A DNA stretch of 64,000 nucleotides, taken from assembly GCF_009914755.1 (NCBI RefSeq), contig NC_060944.1; one strand, 5' to 3'. Both the position numbers and the translations under genes were made by a program. The stretch comes from the human T2T-CHM13v2.0 reference genome, Homo sapiens. Of this stretch, positions 26,221 through 39,200 are shown piece after piece (position 1 is the stretch's first letter; each line of letters opens with the position of its first letter). A model generated the notes under the pieces. The model was not told the DNA's origin. It searched no databases and worked only from the letters and a program-made list of their open reading frames with translations.

Positions 26221-27238
26221 GTACTGTCAAAAGAAATGTTCAACTGTGTTAGTTGAGGACACACATCAGAGACTAGCTTCTGAGAATGCTTCTGTCCAGT
26301 TGTTACGGGAAGATATTTCCTTTTTCAACATAGGCCTGAAACCGCTTCAAATGTCCACTTCCAGATACTGCAAAGAGAGTGATTCAAACCTTCTCGACGA
26401 AAGGGCATGTTCTCCTCTGTGACGTCAATGCAAACATCCCAAAGAAGTTTCTGAGAATGCTTCTGTCTGGATTTTAGCTGAAGACAATCCCGTTTCCAAC
26501 GAAATCCTCAAAGATATGCAAATATGCACCTGCAGATTCTACAAAAAGAGTGTTTCAAAACTGCTCTATGAAAAGAAAGTTTCGACTCTGTTAGTAGAGG
26601 GCACACATCACAAACAAGTTGCCGAGAATGATTCTGTCTGGTTTTTATGGGAAGATATTTCCTTTTCCAACACAAGCCTGAATGCGCTCCAAATGGACAC
26701 TTCCAGATACGACAAAAGGAGTGTTTCAAACCTGTTCTGTGAAAGGGAATGTTCCATTCTGTGACTTGAATGCAAACATCACCAAGTAGTTTCTCAGAAC
26801 GCTGCTGTCTGCATTTTATATGTATTCCCGTGTCCAACGAAATCGTCAAAGCCAGCCAAATATCCACTTGCAGGTTCCACAAAAAGAGTGTGTCAAAACT
26901 GCTCTCTCAAAAGACATGTTCAACTCTGTCAGTTGAGGACACACATCACAAAGAAGTTTCTGAGAATGCTTCTGTCTAGTTTTTATGGGAAGATATGTCC
27001 TTTTTCACCTTAGGCCGGAAAGCGCTCCAAAAGTCCAGTTACAGACACTACAAAAAGTGTGTTTCAAACCTGCTCTGTGAAAGGGAATGTTCCATTCTGT
27101 GACTTGAATGCAAACATCACAAAGAAGTTGCTGAGAATGCTGCTGTCTGCTTTTTATACCTTATCCCGTTTCCAACGAAATCCTCAAATCTAGCCAAATA
27201 TCCAATTGCAGACTCCACAAAAACAGAGTTTCAAAACT
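26221..27238 (-). repeat. 6-mer structural variant HOR (1018 bp; 342-bp dimer deleted)
   Basis: Consecutive once-per-HOR gtac landmarks lie at 26221 and 27239, 1018 bp apart. The ccagggaatgga...ggagattct dimer is absent. The hybrid junction lies at 26954-26996. Confidence 0.95.
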
Positions 27239-30200
27239 GTACTGTCAAAAGAAATGTTCAACTGTGTCAGTTGAGGACACACATCAGAGACTAGCTTCTG
27301 AGAATGCTTCTGTCCAGTTGTTACGGGAAGATATTTCCTTTTTCAACCTAGGCCTGAAACCGCTTCAAATGTCCACTTCCAGATACTACAAAGAGAGTGT
27401 TTCAAACCTTCTCTACGAAAGGGCATGTTCTCCTCTGTGACGTCAATGCAAACATCCCAGAGAAGTTTCTGAGAATGCTTCTGTCTGGATTTTATCTGAA
27501 GACAATCCCGTTTCCAACGAAATCCTCAAAGCTATGCAAATATGCTCCTGCAGATTCTACAAAAAGAGTGTTTCAAAACTGCTCTATGAAAAGAAAGGTT
27601 CAACTACGTTAGTAGAGGGCACACATCACAAACAAGTTGCCGAGAATGATTCTGTCTGGTTTTTATGGGAAGATATTTCCTTTTGCAACACAAGCCTGAA
27701 TGCGCTCCAAATGGACACTTCCAGATACGACAAAAGGAGTGTTTCAAACCTGTTCTATGAAAGGGAACGTTCCATTCTGTGACTTGAATGCAAACATCAC
27801 CAAGTAGATTCTCAGAACGCTGCTGTCTGCTTTTTATATGTATTCCCGTATCCAAGGAAATCGTCAAAGCCAGCCAAATATCAACTTGCAGGTTCCACAA
27901 AAAGAGTGTGTCAAAACTGCTCTCTCAAAAGACATGTTCAACTCCGTCAGTTGAGGACACACATCACAAAGAAGTTTCTGAGAATGCTTCTGTCTAGTTT
28001 TTATGGGAAGATATTTCCTTTTTCACCATAGGCCTCAAAGCGCTCCAAATGTCCACTTCCAGGGAATGGAAAAAGAGTGTTTCCAACCTGCTCTATGAAA
28101 GCGAATGTTCAACTCCGTGACTTGAATGCAACCATCACAAGGAAGTTTCTGAGAATGCTTCTGTCTAGATTTTATATGAAGATATTCCCGTTTCCAACGA
28201 AATCCTGAAAGCTATACAAATATCCACTTGGAGATTCTACAAAAAGAGTGTTTCAAAACTGCTCTATCAAAAGAAAGGTTCTACTCCGTCAGTTGAGGAC
28301 AAACATCACGAGTAAGTTTCTGACAATGCTTCTGTCTAGTTTTTATGGGAAGATATGTCCGTTTTCACCTTAGGCCGGCAAGCGCTCCAAAAATCCAGTT
28401 ACAGACACTACAAAAAGAGTGTTTCAAACCTGCTCTGTGAAAGGGAATGTTCCATTCTGTGACTTGAATGCAAACATCACAAAGAAGTTGCTGAGAATGC
28501 TGCTGTCTGCTTTTTATACCTTATCCCGTTTCCAACGAAATCCTCAAATCTAGCCAAATATCCAATTGCAGACTCCACAAAAACAGAGTTTCAAAACTGT
28601 ACTGTCAAAAGAAATGTTCAACTGTGTCAGTTGAGGACACACATCAGAGACTAGCTTCTGAGAATGCTTCTGTCCAGTTGTTACGGGAAGATATTTCCTT
28701 TTTCAACATAGGCCTGAAACCGCTTCAAATGTCCACTTCCAGATACTGCAAAGAGAGTGTTTCAAACCTTCTCTACGAAAGGGCATGTTCTCCTCTGTGA
28801 CGTCAATGCAAACATCCCAAAGAAGTTTCTGAGAATGCTTCTGTCTGGATTTTAGCTGAAAACAATCCCGTTTCCAACGAAATCCTCAAAGATATGCAAA
28901 TATGCACCTGCAGATTCTACAAAAAGAGTGTTTCAAAACTGCTCTATGAAAAGAAAGTTTCGACTCTGTTAGTAGAGGGCACACATCACAAACAAGTTGC
29001 CGAGAATGCTTCTGTCTGGTTTTTATGGGAAGATATTTCCTTTTGTAACACAAGCCTGAATGCGCTCCAAATGGACACTTCCAGATACGACAAAAGGAGT
29101 GTTTCAAACCTGTTCTATGAAAGGGAACGTTCCATTCTGTGACTTGAATGCAAACATCACCAAGTAATTTCTCAGAACGCTGCTGTCTGCTTTTTATATG
29201 TATTCCCGTTTCCAACGAAATCGTCAAAGCCAGGCAAATATCCACTTGCAGGTTCCACAAAAAGAGGGTGTCAAAACTGCTCTCTCAAAAGACATGTTCA
29301 ACTCTGTCAGTTGAGGACACACATCACAAAGAAGTTTCTGAGAATGCTTCTGTGTAGTTTTTATGGGAAGATATTTCCTTTTTCACCATAGGCCTCAAAG
29401 CGCTCCAAATGTCCACTTCCAGGGAATGGAAAAAGAGTGTTTCCAACCTGCTCTATGAAAGCCAATGTTCAACTCCGTGACTTGAATGCAACCATCACAA
29501 GGAAGTTTCTGAGAATGCTTCTGTCTAGATTTTATATGAAGATATTCCCGTTTCCAACGAAATCCTCAAAGCTATCCAAATATCCACTTGGAGATTCTAC
29601 AAAAAGAGTGTTTCAAAACTGCTCTATCAAAAGAAAGGTTCTACTCCGTCAGTTGAGGACACACATCACGAGTAAGTTTCTGACAATGCTTCTGTCTAGT
29701 TTTTATGGGAAGATATGTCCTTTTTCACCTTAGGCCGGAAAGCGCTCCATAAGTCCAGTTACAGACACTACAAAAAGAGTGTTTCAAACCTGCTCTGTGA
29801 AAGGGAATGTTCCATTCTGTGACTTGAATGCAAACATCACAAAGAAGTTGCTGAGAATGCTGCTGTCTGCTTTTTATACCTTATCCCGTTTCCAACGAAA
29901 TCCTCAAATCCAGCCAAATATCCACTTGCAGACTCCACAAAAAGAGTGTTTCAAAACTATACTGTCAAAAGAAATGTTCAACTCTGTTAGTTGAGGACAC
30001 ACATCAGAGACTAGTTTCTGAGAATGCTTCTGTCCAGTTGTTACGGGAAGATATTTCCTTTTTCAACATAGGCCTGAAACTGCTTCAAATGTCCACTTCC
30101 AGATACTGCAAAGAGAGTGTTTCAAACCTTCTCTACGAAAGGGCATGTTCTCCTCTGTGACGTCAATGCAAACATCCCAAAGAAGTTTCTGAGAATGCAT

Positions 30201-33200
30201 CTGTCTGGATTTTCTCTGAAGACAATCCCGTTTCCAACGAAATCCTCAAAGATATGCAAATATGCTCCTGCAGATTCTACAAAAAGAGTGTTTCAAAACT
30301 GCTCTATGAAAAGAAAGGTTCGACTCTGTTAGTAGAGGGCACACATCACAAACAAGTTGCCGAGAATGCTTCCGTCTGGTTTTTATGGGAAGATATTTCC
30401 TTTTCCAACACAAGCCTGAATGCGCTCCAAATGGACACTTCCAGATACGACAAAAGGAGTGTTTCAAACCTGTTCTGTGAAAGGGAACGTTCCATTCTGT
30501 GACTTGAATGCAAACATCACCAAGTAGTTTCTCAGAACGCTGCTGTCTGCAATTTATATGTATTCCCGTGTCCAATGAAATCATCAAAGCCAGCCAAATA
30601 TCCACTTGCAGGTTCCACAAAAAGAGTGTGTCAAAACTGCTCTCTCAAAAGACATGTTCAACTCTGTCAGTTGAGGACACACATCACAAAGAAGTTTGTG
30701 AGAATGGTTCTGCCTAGTTTTTATGGGAAGATATTTCCTTTTTCACCATAGGCCTCAAAGCGCTCCAAATGTCCACTTCCAGGGAATGGAAAAAGAGTGT
30801 TTCCAACCTGCTCTATGAAAGTGAATGTTCAACTCCGTGACTTGAATGCAACCATCACAAGGAAGTTTCTGAGAATGCTTCTGTCTAGATTTTATATGAA
30901 GATATTCCCGTTTCCAACGAAATCCTCAAACCTATCCAAATATCCACTTGGAGATTCTACAGAAAGAGTGTTTGAAAACTGCTCTATCAAAAGAAAGGTT
31001 CTACTCCGTCAGTTGAGGACACACATCACGAGTAAGTTTCTGACAATGCTTCTGTCTAGTTTTTATGGGAAGATATGTCCTTTTTCACCTTAGGCCGGCA
31101 AGCGCTCCAAAAGCCCAGTTACAGACACTACAAAAAGATTGTTTCAAACCTGCTCTGTGAAAGGGAATGTTCCATTCTGTGACTTGAATGCAAACATCAC
31201 AAAGAAGTTGCTGAGAATGCTGCTGTCTGCTTTTTATACCTTATCCCGTTTCCAACGAAATCCTCAAATGTAGCCAAATATCCACTTGCAGACTCCACAA
31301 AAAGAGTGTTACAAAACTGTACTGTCCAAAGAAATGTTCAACTCTGTTAGTTGAGGACACACATCAGAGACTAGCTTCTGAGAATGCTTCTGTCCAGTTG
31401 TTACGGGAAGATATTTCCTTTTTCAACATAGGCGTGAAACCGCTTCAAATGTCCACTTCCAGATACTGCAAAGAGAGTGTTTCAAACCTTCTCTATGAAA
31501 GGGCATGTTCTCCTCTGTAACGTCAATGCAAACATCCCAAAGAAGTTTCTGAGAATGCTTCTGTCTGGATTTTATCTGAAGACAATCCCGTTTCCAACGA
31601 AATCCTCAAAGCTATGGAAATATGCTCCTGCAGATTCTACAAAAAGAGTGTTTCAAAACTGCTCTATGAAAAGAAAGGTTCGACTCTGTTAGTAGAGGGC
31701 ACACATCACAAACAAGTTGCCGAGAATGCTTCTGTCTGGTTTTTATGGGAAGATATTTCCTTTTGCAACACAAGCCTGAATGCGCTCCAAATGGACACTT
31801 CCAGATACGACAAAAGGAGTGTTTCAAACCTGTTCTATGAAAGGGAACGTTCCATTCTGTGACTTGAATGCAAACATCACCAAGTAATTTCTCAGAACGC
31901 TGCTGTCTGCTTTTTATATGTATTCCCGTGTCCAAGGAAATCGTGAAAGCCAGCCAAATATCCACTTGCAGGTTCCACAAAAAGAGTGTTTCAAAACTGC
32001 TCTCTCAAAAGACATGTTCAACTCTGTCAGTTGAGGACACACATCACAAAGAAGTTTGTGAGAATGGTTCTGCCTAGTTTTTATGGGAAGATATTTCCTT
32101 TTTCACCATAGGCCTCAAAGCGCTCCAAATGTCCACTTCCAGGGAATGGAAAAAGAGTGTTTCCAACCTGCTCTATGAAAGCGAATGTTCAACTCCGTGA
32201 CTTGAATGCAACCATCACAAGGAAGTTTCTGAGAATGCTTCTGTCTAGATTTTATATGAAGATATTCCCGTTTCCAACGAAATCCTCAAAGCTATCCAAA
32301 TATCCACTTGGAGATTCTACAAAAAGAGTGTTTCAAAACTGCTCTATCAAAAGAAAGGTTCTACTCCGTCAGTTGAGGACACACATCACGACTAAGTTTC
32401 TGACAATGCTTCTGTCTAGTTTTTATGGGAAGATATGTCCTTTTTCACCTTAGACCGGAAAGCGCTCCAAAAGTCCAGTTACAGACACTACAAAAAGAGT
32501 GTTTCAAACCTGCTCTGTGAAAGGGAATGTTCAATTCTGTGACTTGAATGCAAACATCACAAAGAAGTTGCTGAGAATGCTGGTGTCTGCTTTTTATACC
32601 TTATCACGTTTCCAACGAAATCCTCAAATCTAGCCAAATATCCAGTTACAGACTCCACAAAAAGAGTGTTTCAAAACTGTACTGTCAAAAGAAATGTTCA
32701 ACTGTGTTAGTTGAGGACACACATCAGAGACTAGCTTCTGAGAATGCTTCTGTCCAGTTGTTACGGGAAGATATTTCCTTTTTCAACATAGGCGTGAAAC
32801 CGCTTCAAATGTCCACTTCCAGATACTGCAAAGAGAGTATTTCAAACCTTCTCTACGAAAGGGCATGTTCTCCTCTGTGACGTCAATGCAAACATCCCAA
32901 AGAAGTTTCTGAGAATGCTTCTGTCTGGATTTTATCTGAAGACAATCCCTTTTAAAACGAAATCCTCAAAGCTATGCAAATATGCTCCTGCAGATTCTAC
33001 AAAAAGAGTGTTTCAAAACTGCTCTATGAAAAGAAAGGTTCGACTCTGTTAGTAGAGGGCACAAATCACAAACAAGTTGCCGAGAATGCTTCTGTCTGGT
33101 TTTTATGGGAAGATATTCCCTTTTCCAACACAAGCCTGAATGCGCTCCAAATGGACACTTACAGATACGACAAAAGGAGTGTTTCAAAGCTGTTCTATGA

Positions 33201-36200
33201 AAGGGAACGTTCCATTCTGTGACTTGAATGCAAACATCTCCAAGTAGTTTCTCAGAACGCTGCTGTCTGCTTCTTATATGTATTCCCGTTTCCAACGAAA
33301 TCGTCAAACCCAGCCAAATATCCACTTGCAGGTTCCACAAAAAGAGTGTGTCAAAACTGCTCTCTCAAAAGACATGTTCAACTCTGTCAGTTGAGGACAC
33401 ACATCACAAGGAAGTTTGTGAGAATGCTTCTGCCTAGTTTTTATGGGAAGATATTTCCTTTTTCACCATAGGCCTCAAAGCGCTCCAAATGTCCACTTCC
33501 AGGGAATGGAAAAAGAGTGTTTCCAACCTGCTCTACGAAAGCGAATGTTCAACTCCGTGACTTGAATGCAACCATCACAAGGAAGTTTCTGAGAATGCTT
33601 CTGTCTAGATTTTATATGAAGATATTCCCGTTTCCAACGAAATCCTCAAAGCTATCCAAATATCCACTTGGAGATTCTTCAAAAAGAGTTTTTCAAAACT
33701 GCTCTATCAAAAGAAAGGTTCTACTCTGTCAGTTGAGGACACACATCACGAATAAGTTTCTGACAATGCTTCTGTCTAGTTTTTATGGGAAGATATGTCC
33801 TTTGTAACATTTGGCCGGAAAGCGCTCCAAAAGTCCAGTTACAGACACTACAAAGAGAGTGTTTCAAACCTGCTCTGTGAAAGGGAATGTTCAATACTGT
33901 GACTTGAATGCAAACATCACAAAGAAGTTGCAGAGAATGCTGGTGTCTGCTTTTTATACCTTATCCCGTTTCCAACGAAATCCTCAAATCTAGCCAAATA
34001 TCCGCTTGCAGACTCCACAAAAAGAGTGTTTCAAAACTGTACTGTCAAAAGAAATGTTCAACTCTGTTAGTTGAGGACACACATCAGAGACTAGCTTCTG
34101 AGAATGCTTCTGTCCAGTTGTTACGGGAAGATATTTCCTTTTTCAACATAGGCCTGAAACCGCTTCAAATGTCCGCTTCCAGATACTGCAAAGAGAGTGT
34201 TTCAAACCTTCTCTACGAAAGGGCATGTTCTCCTCTGTGACGTCAATGCAAACATCCCAAAGAAGTTTCTGAGAATGCTTCTGTCTGGATTTTATCTGAA
34301 GGCAATCCCGCTTCCAACGAAATCCTCAAAGATATGCAAAAATGCTCCTGCAGATTCTACAAAAAGAGTGTTTCAAAACTGCTCTATGAAAAGAAAGGTT
34401 CGACTCTGTTAGTAGAGGGCACACATCACAAACAAGTTGCCGAGAATGCTTCTGTCTGGTTTTTATGGGAAGATATTTCCTTTTTCAACGCAAGCCTGAG
34501 TGCACTCCAAATGGACACTTCCAGATACGACAAAAGGAGTGTTTCAAAGCTGTTCTATGAAAGGGAACGTTCCATTCTGTGACTTGAATGCAAACATCAC
34601 CAAGTAGATTCTCAGAACGCTGCTGTCTGCTTTTTATATGTATTCCCGTTTCCAAGGAAATCGTCAAAGCCAGCCAAATATCCACTTGCAGGTTCCACAA
34701 AAAGAGTGTTTCAAAACTGCTCTCTCAAAAGACATGTTCAACTCTGTCAGTTGAGGACACACATCACAAAGAAGTTTGTGAGAATGGTTCTGCCTAGTTT
34801 TTATGGGAAGATATTTCCTTTTTCACCATAGGCCTCAAAGCGCTCCAAATGTCCACTTCCAGGGAATGGAAAAAGAGTGTTTCCAACCTGCTCTATGAAA
34901 GCGAATGTTCAACTCCGTGACTTGAATGCAACCATCACAAGGAAGTTTCTGAGAATGCTTCTGTCTAGATTTTATATGAAGATATTCCCGTTTCCAACGA
35001 AATCCTCATAGCTATGCAAATATCCACTTGGAGATTCTACAAAAAGAGTGTTTCAAAAGTGCTCTATCAAAAGAAATGTTCTACTCCGTCAGGTGAGGAC
35101 ACAAATCACGAGTAAGTTTCTGACAATGCTTCTGTCTAGTTTTTATGGGAAGATATGTCCTTTTTCACCTTAGGCCGGAAAGCGCTCCAAAAGTCCAGTT
35201 ACAGACACTACAAAAAGAGTGTTTCAAACCTGCCCTGTGAAAGGGAATGTTCAATACTGTGACTTGAATGCAAACATCACAAAGAAGTTGCTGAGAATGC
35301 TGCTGTCTGCTTTTTATACCTTATCCCGTTTCCAACGAAATCCTCAAATCTAGCCAAATATCCACTTGCAGACTCCACAAAAACAGTGTTTCAAAACTGT
35401 ACTGTCAAAAGAAATGTTCAACTCTGTTTGTTGAGGACACACATCAGAGACTAGCTTCTGAGAATGCTTCTGTCCAGTTGTTACGGGAAGATATTTCCTT
35501 TTTCAGAATAGGCCTGAAACCGCTTCAAATGTACACTTCCAGATACTGCAAAGAGAGTGTTTCAAACCTTCTCTACGAAAGGGCATGTTCTCCTCTGTGA
35601 CGTCAATGCAAACATCCCAAAGAAGTTTCTGAGAATGCTTCTGTCTGGATTTTATCTGAAGACAATCCCGTTTCCAACGAAATCCTCAAAGATATGCAAA
35701 TATGCTCCTGCAGATTCTAAAAAAGAGTGTTTCAAAACTGCTCTATGAAAAGAAAGGTTCGACTCTGTTAGTAGAGGGCACACATCACAAACAAGTTGCC
35801 GAGAATGCTTCTGTCTGGTTTTTATGGGAGGATATTTCCTTTTTCAACGCAAGCCTGAATGCGCTCCAAATGGACACTTCCAGATACGACAAAAGGAGTG
35901 ATTCAAAGCTGTTCTATGAAAGGGAACGTTCCATTCTGTGACTTGAATGCAAACATCACCAAGTAGTTTCTCAGAACGCTGCTGTCTGCTTTTTATATGT
36001 ATTCCCGTGTCCAACGAAATCGTCAAAGCCAGCCAAATATCCACTTGCAGGTTCCACAAAAAGAGTGTTTCAAAACTGCTCTCTCAAAAGACATGTTCAA
36101 CTCTGTCAGTTGAGGACACACATCACAAAGAAGTTTGTGAGAATGCTTCTGTCTAGTTTTTATTGGAAGATATTTCCTTTTTCACCATAGGCCTCAAAGC

Positions 36201-39200
36201 GCTCCAAATGTCCACTTCCAGGGAATGGAAAAAGAGTGTTTCCAACCTGCTCTATGAAAGTGAATGTTTAACTCCGTGACTTGAATGCAACCATCACAAG
36301 GAAGTTTTTGAGAATGCTTCTGTCTAGATTTTATATGAAGATATTCCCGTTTCCAACGAAATCCTCAAAGGTATCCAAATATCCACTTGGAGATTCTACA
36401 AAAAGAGTGTTTCAAAACTGCTCTATCAAAAGAAAGGTTCTACACCATCAGTTGAGGACACACATCACGAGTAAGTTTCTGAGAATGCTTCTGTCTAGTT
36501 TTTATGGGAAGATATGTCCTTTTTCACCTTAGGCCGGAAAGCGCTCCAAAAGTCCAGTTACAGACACTACAAAAAGAGTGTTTCAAACCTGCTCTGTGAA
36601 AGGGAATGTTCCGTTCTGTGACTTGAATGCAAACATCACAAAGAAGTTGCTGAGAATGCTGCTGTCTGCTTTTTATACCTTATCCCGTTTCCAACGAAAT
36701 CCTCAAATCTAGCCAAATATCCACTTGCAGACTCCACAAAAACAGTGTTTCAAAACTGTACTGTCAAAAGAAATGTTCAACTGTGTTAGTTGAGGACACA
36801 CATCAGAGACTAGCTTCTGAGAATGCTTCTGTCCAGTTGTTACGGGAAGATATTTCCTTTTTCAACATAGGCCTGAAACCGCTTCAAATGTCCACTTCCA
36901 GATACTGCAAAGAGAGTGTTTCAAACCTTCTCTATGAAAGGGCATGTTCTCCTCTGTGACGTCAATGCAAACATCCCAAACAAGTTTCTGAGAATGCTTC
37001 TGTCTGGATTTAATCTGAAGACAATCCCGTTTCCAACGAAATCTTCAAAGATATGCAAATATGCTCCTGCAGATTCTACAAAAAGAGTGTTTCAAAACTG
37101 CTCTATGAAAAGAAAGGTTCGACTCTGTTAGTAGAGGGCACACATCCCAAACAAGTTGCCGAGAATGATTCTGTCTGGTTTTTATGGGAAGATATTTCCT
37201 TTTCCAACACAAGCCTGAATGCGCTCCAAATGGACACTTCCAGATACGACAGAAGGAGTGTTTCAAATCTGTTCTATGAAAGGGAACCTTCCATTGTGTG
37301 ACTTGAATGCAAACACCACCAAGTAGTTTCTCAGAACGCTGCTGTCTGCTTTTTATATGTATTCCCGTGTCCAACGAAATCGTCAAAGCCAGCCAAATAT
37401 CCACTTGCAGGTTCCACAAAAAGAGTGTTTCAAAACTGCTCTCTCAAAAGACATGTTCCACTCTGTCAGTTGAGGACACACATCACAAAGAAGTTTCTGA
37501 GAATGCTTCTGTCTAGTTTTTATGGGAAGATATTTCCTTTTTCACCATAGGCCTCAAAGCGCTCCAAATGTCCAATTCCAGGTAATGGTAAAAGAGTGTT
37601 TCCAACCTGCTCTATGAAAGCGAATGTTCAACTCTGTGACTTGAATGCAACCATCACAAGGAAGTTTCTGAGAATGCTTCTGTCTAGATTTTATATGAAG
37701 ATATTCCCGTTTCCAATGAAATCCTCAAAGCTATCCAAATATCCACTTGGAGATTCTACAAAAAGAGTGTTTCAAAACTGCTCTATCAAAAGAAAGGTTC
37801 TACTCCGTCAGTTGAGGACACACTTCACGAGTAAGTTTCTGACAATGCTTCTGTCTAGTTTTTATGGGAAGATATGTCCTTTTTCACCTTAGGCCGGAAA
37901 GCGCTCCAAAAGTCCAGTTACATACACTACAAAAAGAGTGTTTCAAACCTGCTCTGTGAAAGGGAATGTTCCCTTCTGTGACTTGAGTGCAAACATCACA
38001 AAGAAGTTGCTGAGAATGCTGCTGTCTGATTTTTATACCTTATCCCGTTTCCAACGAAATCCTCAAATCTAGCCAAATATCCACTTGCAGACTCCACAAA
38101 AACAGTGTTTCAAAACTGTACTGTCAAAAGAAATGTTCAACTCTGTTAGTTGAGGACACACATCAGAGACTAGCTTCTGAGAATGCTTCTGTCCAGTTGT
38201 TACGGGAAGATATTTCCTTTTTCAACATAGGCCTGAAACCGCTTCAAATGTCCACTTCCAGATACTGCAAAGAGAGTGTTTCAAACCTTCTCTACGAAAG
38301 GGCATGTTCTCCTCTGTGACGTCAATGCAAACATCCCAATGAAGTTTCTGAGAATGCTTCTGTCTGGATTTTATCTGAAGACAATCCCGTTTCCAACGAA
38401 ATCCTCAAAGATATGCAAATATGCTCCTGCAGATTCTATAAAAAGAGTGTTTCAAAACTGCTCTATGAAAAGAAAGTTTCGACTCTGTTAGTAGAGGGCA
38501 CACATCACAAACAAGTTGCCGAGAATGATTCTGTCTGTTTTTTATGGGAAAATATTTCCTTTTCCAACACAAGCCTGAATGCGCTCCAAATGGACACTTC
38601 CAGATACGACAAAAGGAGTGTTTCAAAGCTGTTCTATGAAAGGGAACGTTCCATTCTGTGACTTGAATGCAAACATCACCAAGTAGTTTCTCAGAACGCT
38701 GCTGTCTGCTTTTTATATGTATTCCCGTGTCCAACGAAATCGTCAAAGCCAGCCAAATATCCACTTGCAGGTTCCACAAAAAGAGTGTTTCAAAACTGCT
38801 CTCTCAAAAGACATGTTCAACTCTGTCAGTTGAGGACACACATCACAAAGAAGTTTCTGAGAATGCTTCTGTCTAGTTTTTATGGGAAGATATTTCCTTT
38901 TTCACCATAGGCCTCAAAGCGCTCCAAATGTCCACTTCCAGGGAATGGAAAGAGAGTGTTTCCAACCTGCTCTATGAAAGCCAATGTTCAACTCCGTGAC
39001 TTGAATGCAACCATCACAAGGAAGTTTCTGAGAATGCTTCTGTCTAGATTTTATATGAAGATATTCCCGTTTCCAACGAAATCCTCAAAGCTATCCAAAT
39101 ATCCACTTGGAGATTCTACAAAAAGAGTGTTTCAAAACTGCTCTATCAAAAGAAAGGTTCTACTCCGTCAGTTGAGGACACACATCACGAGTAAATTTCT

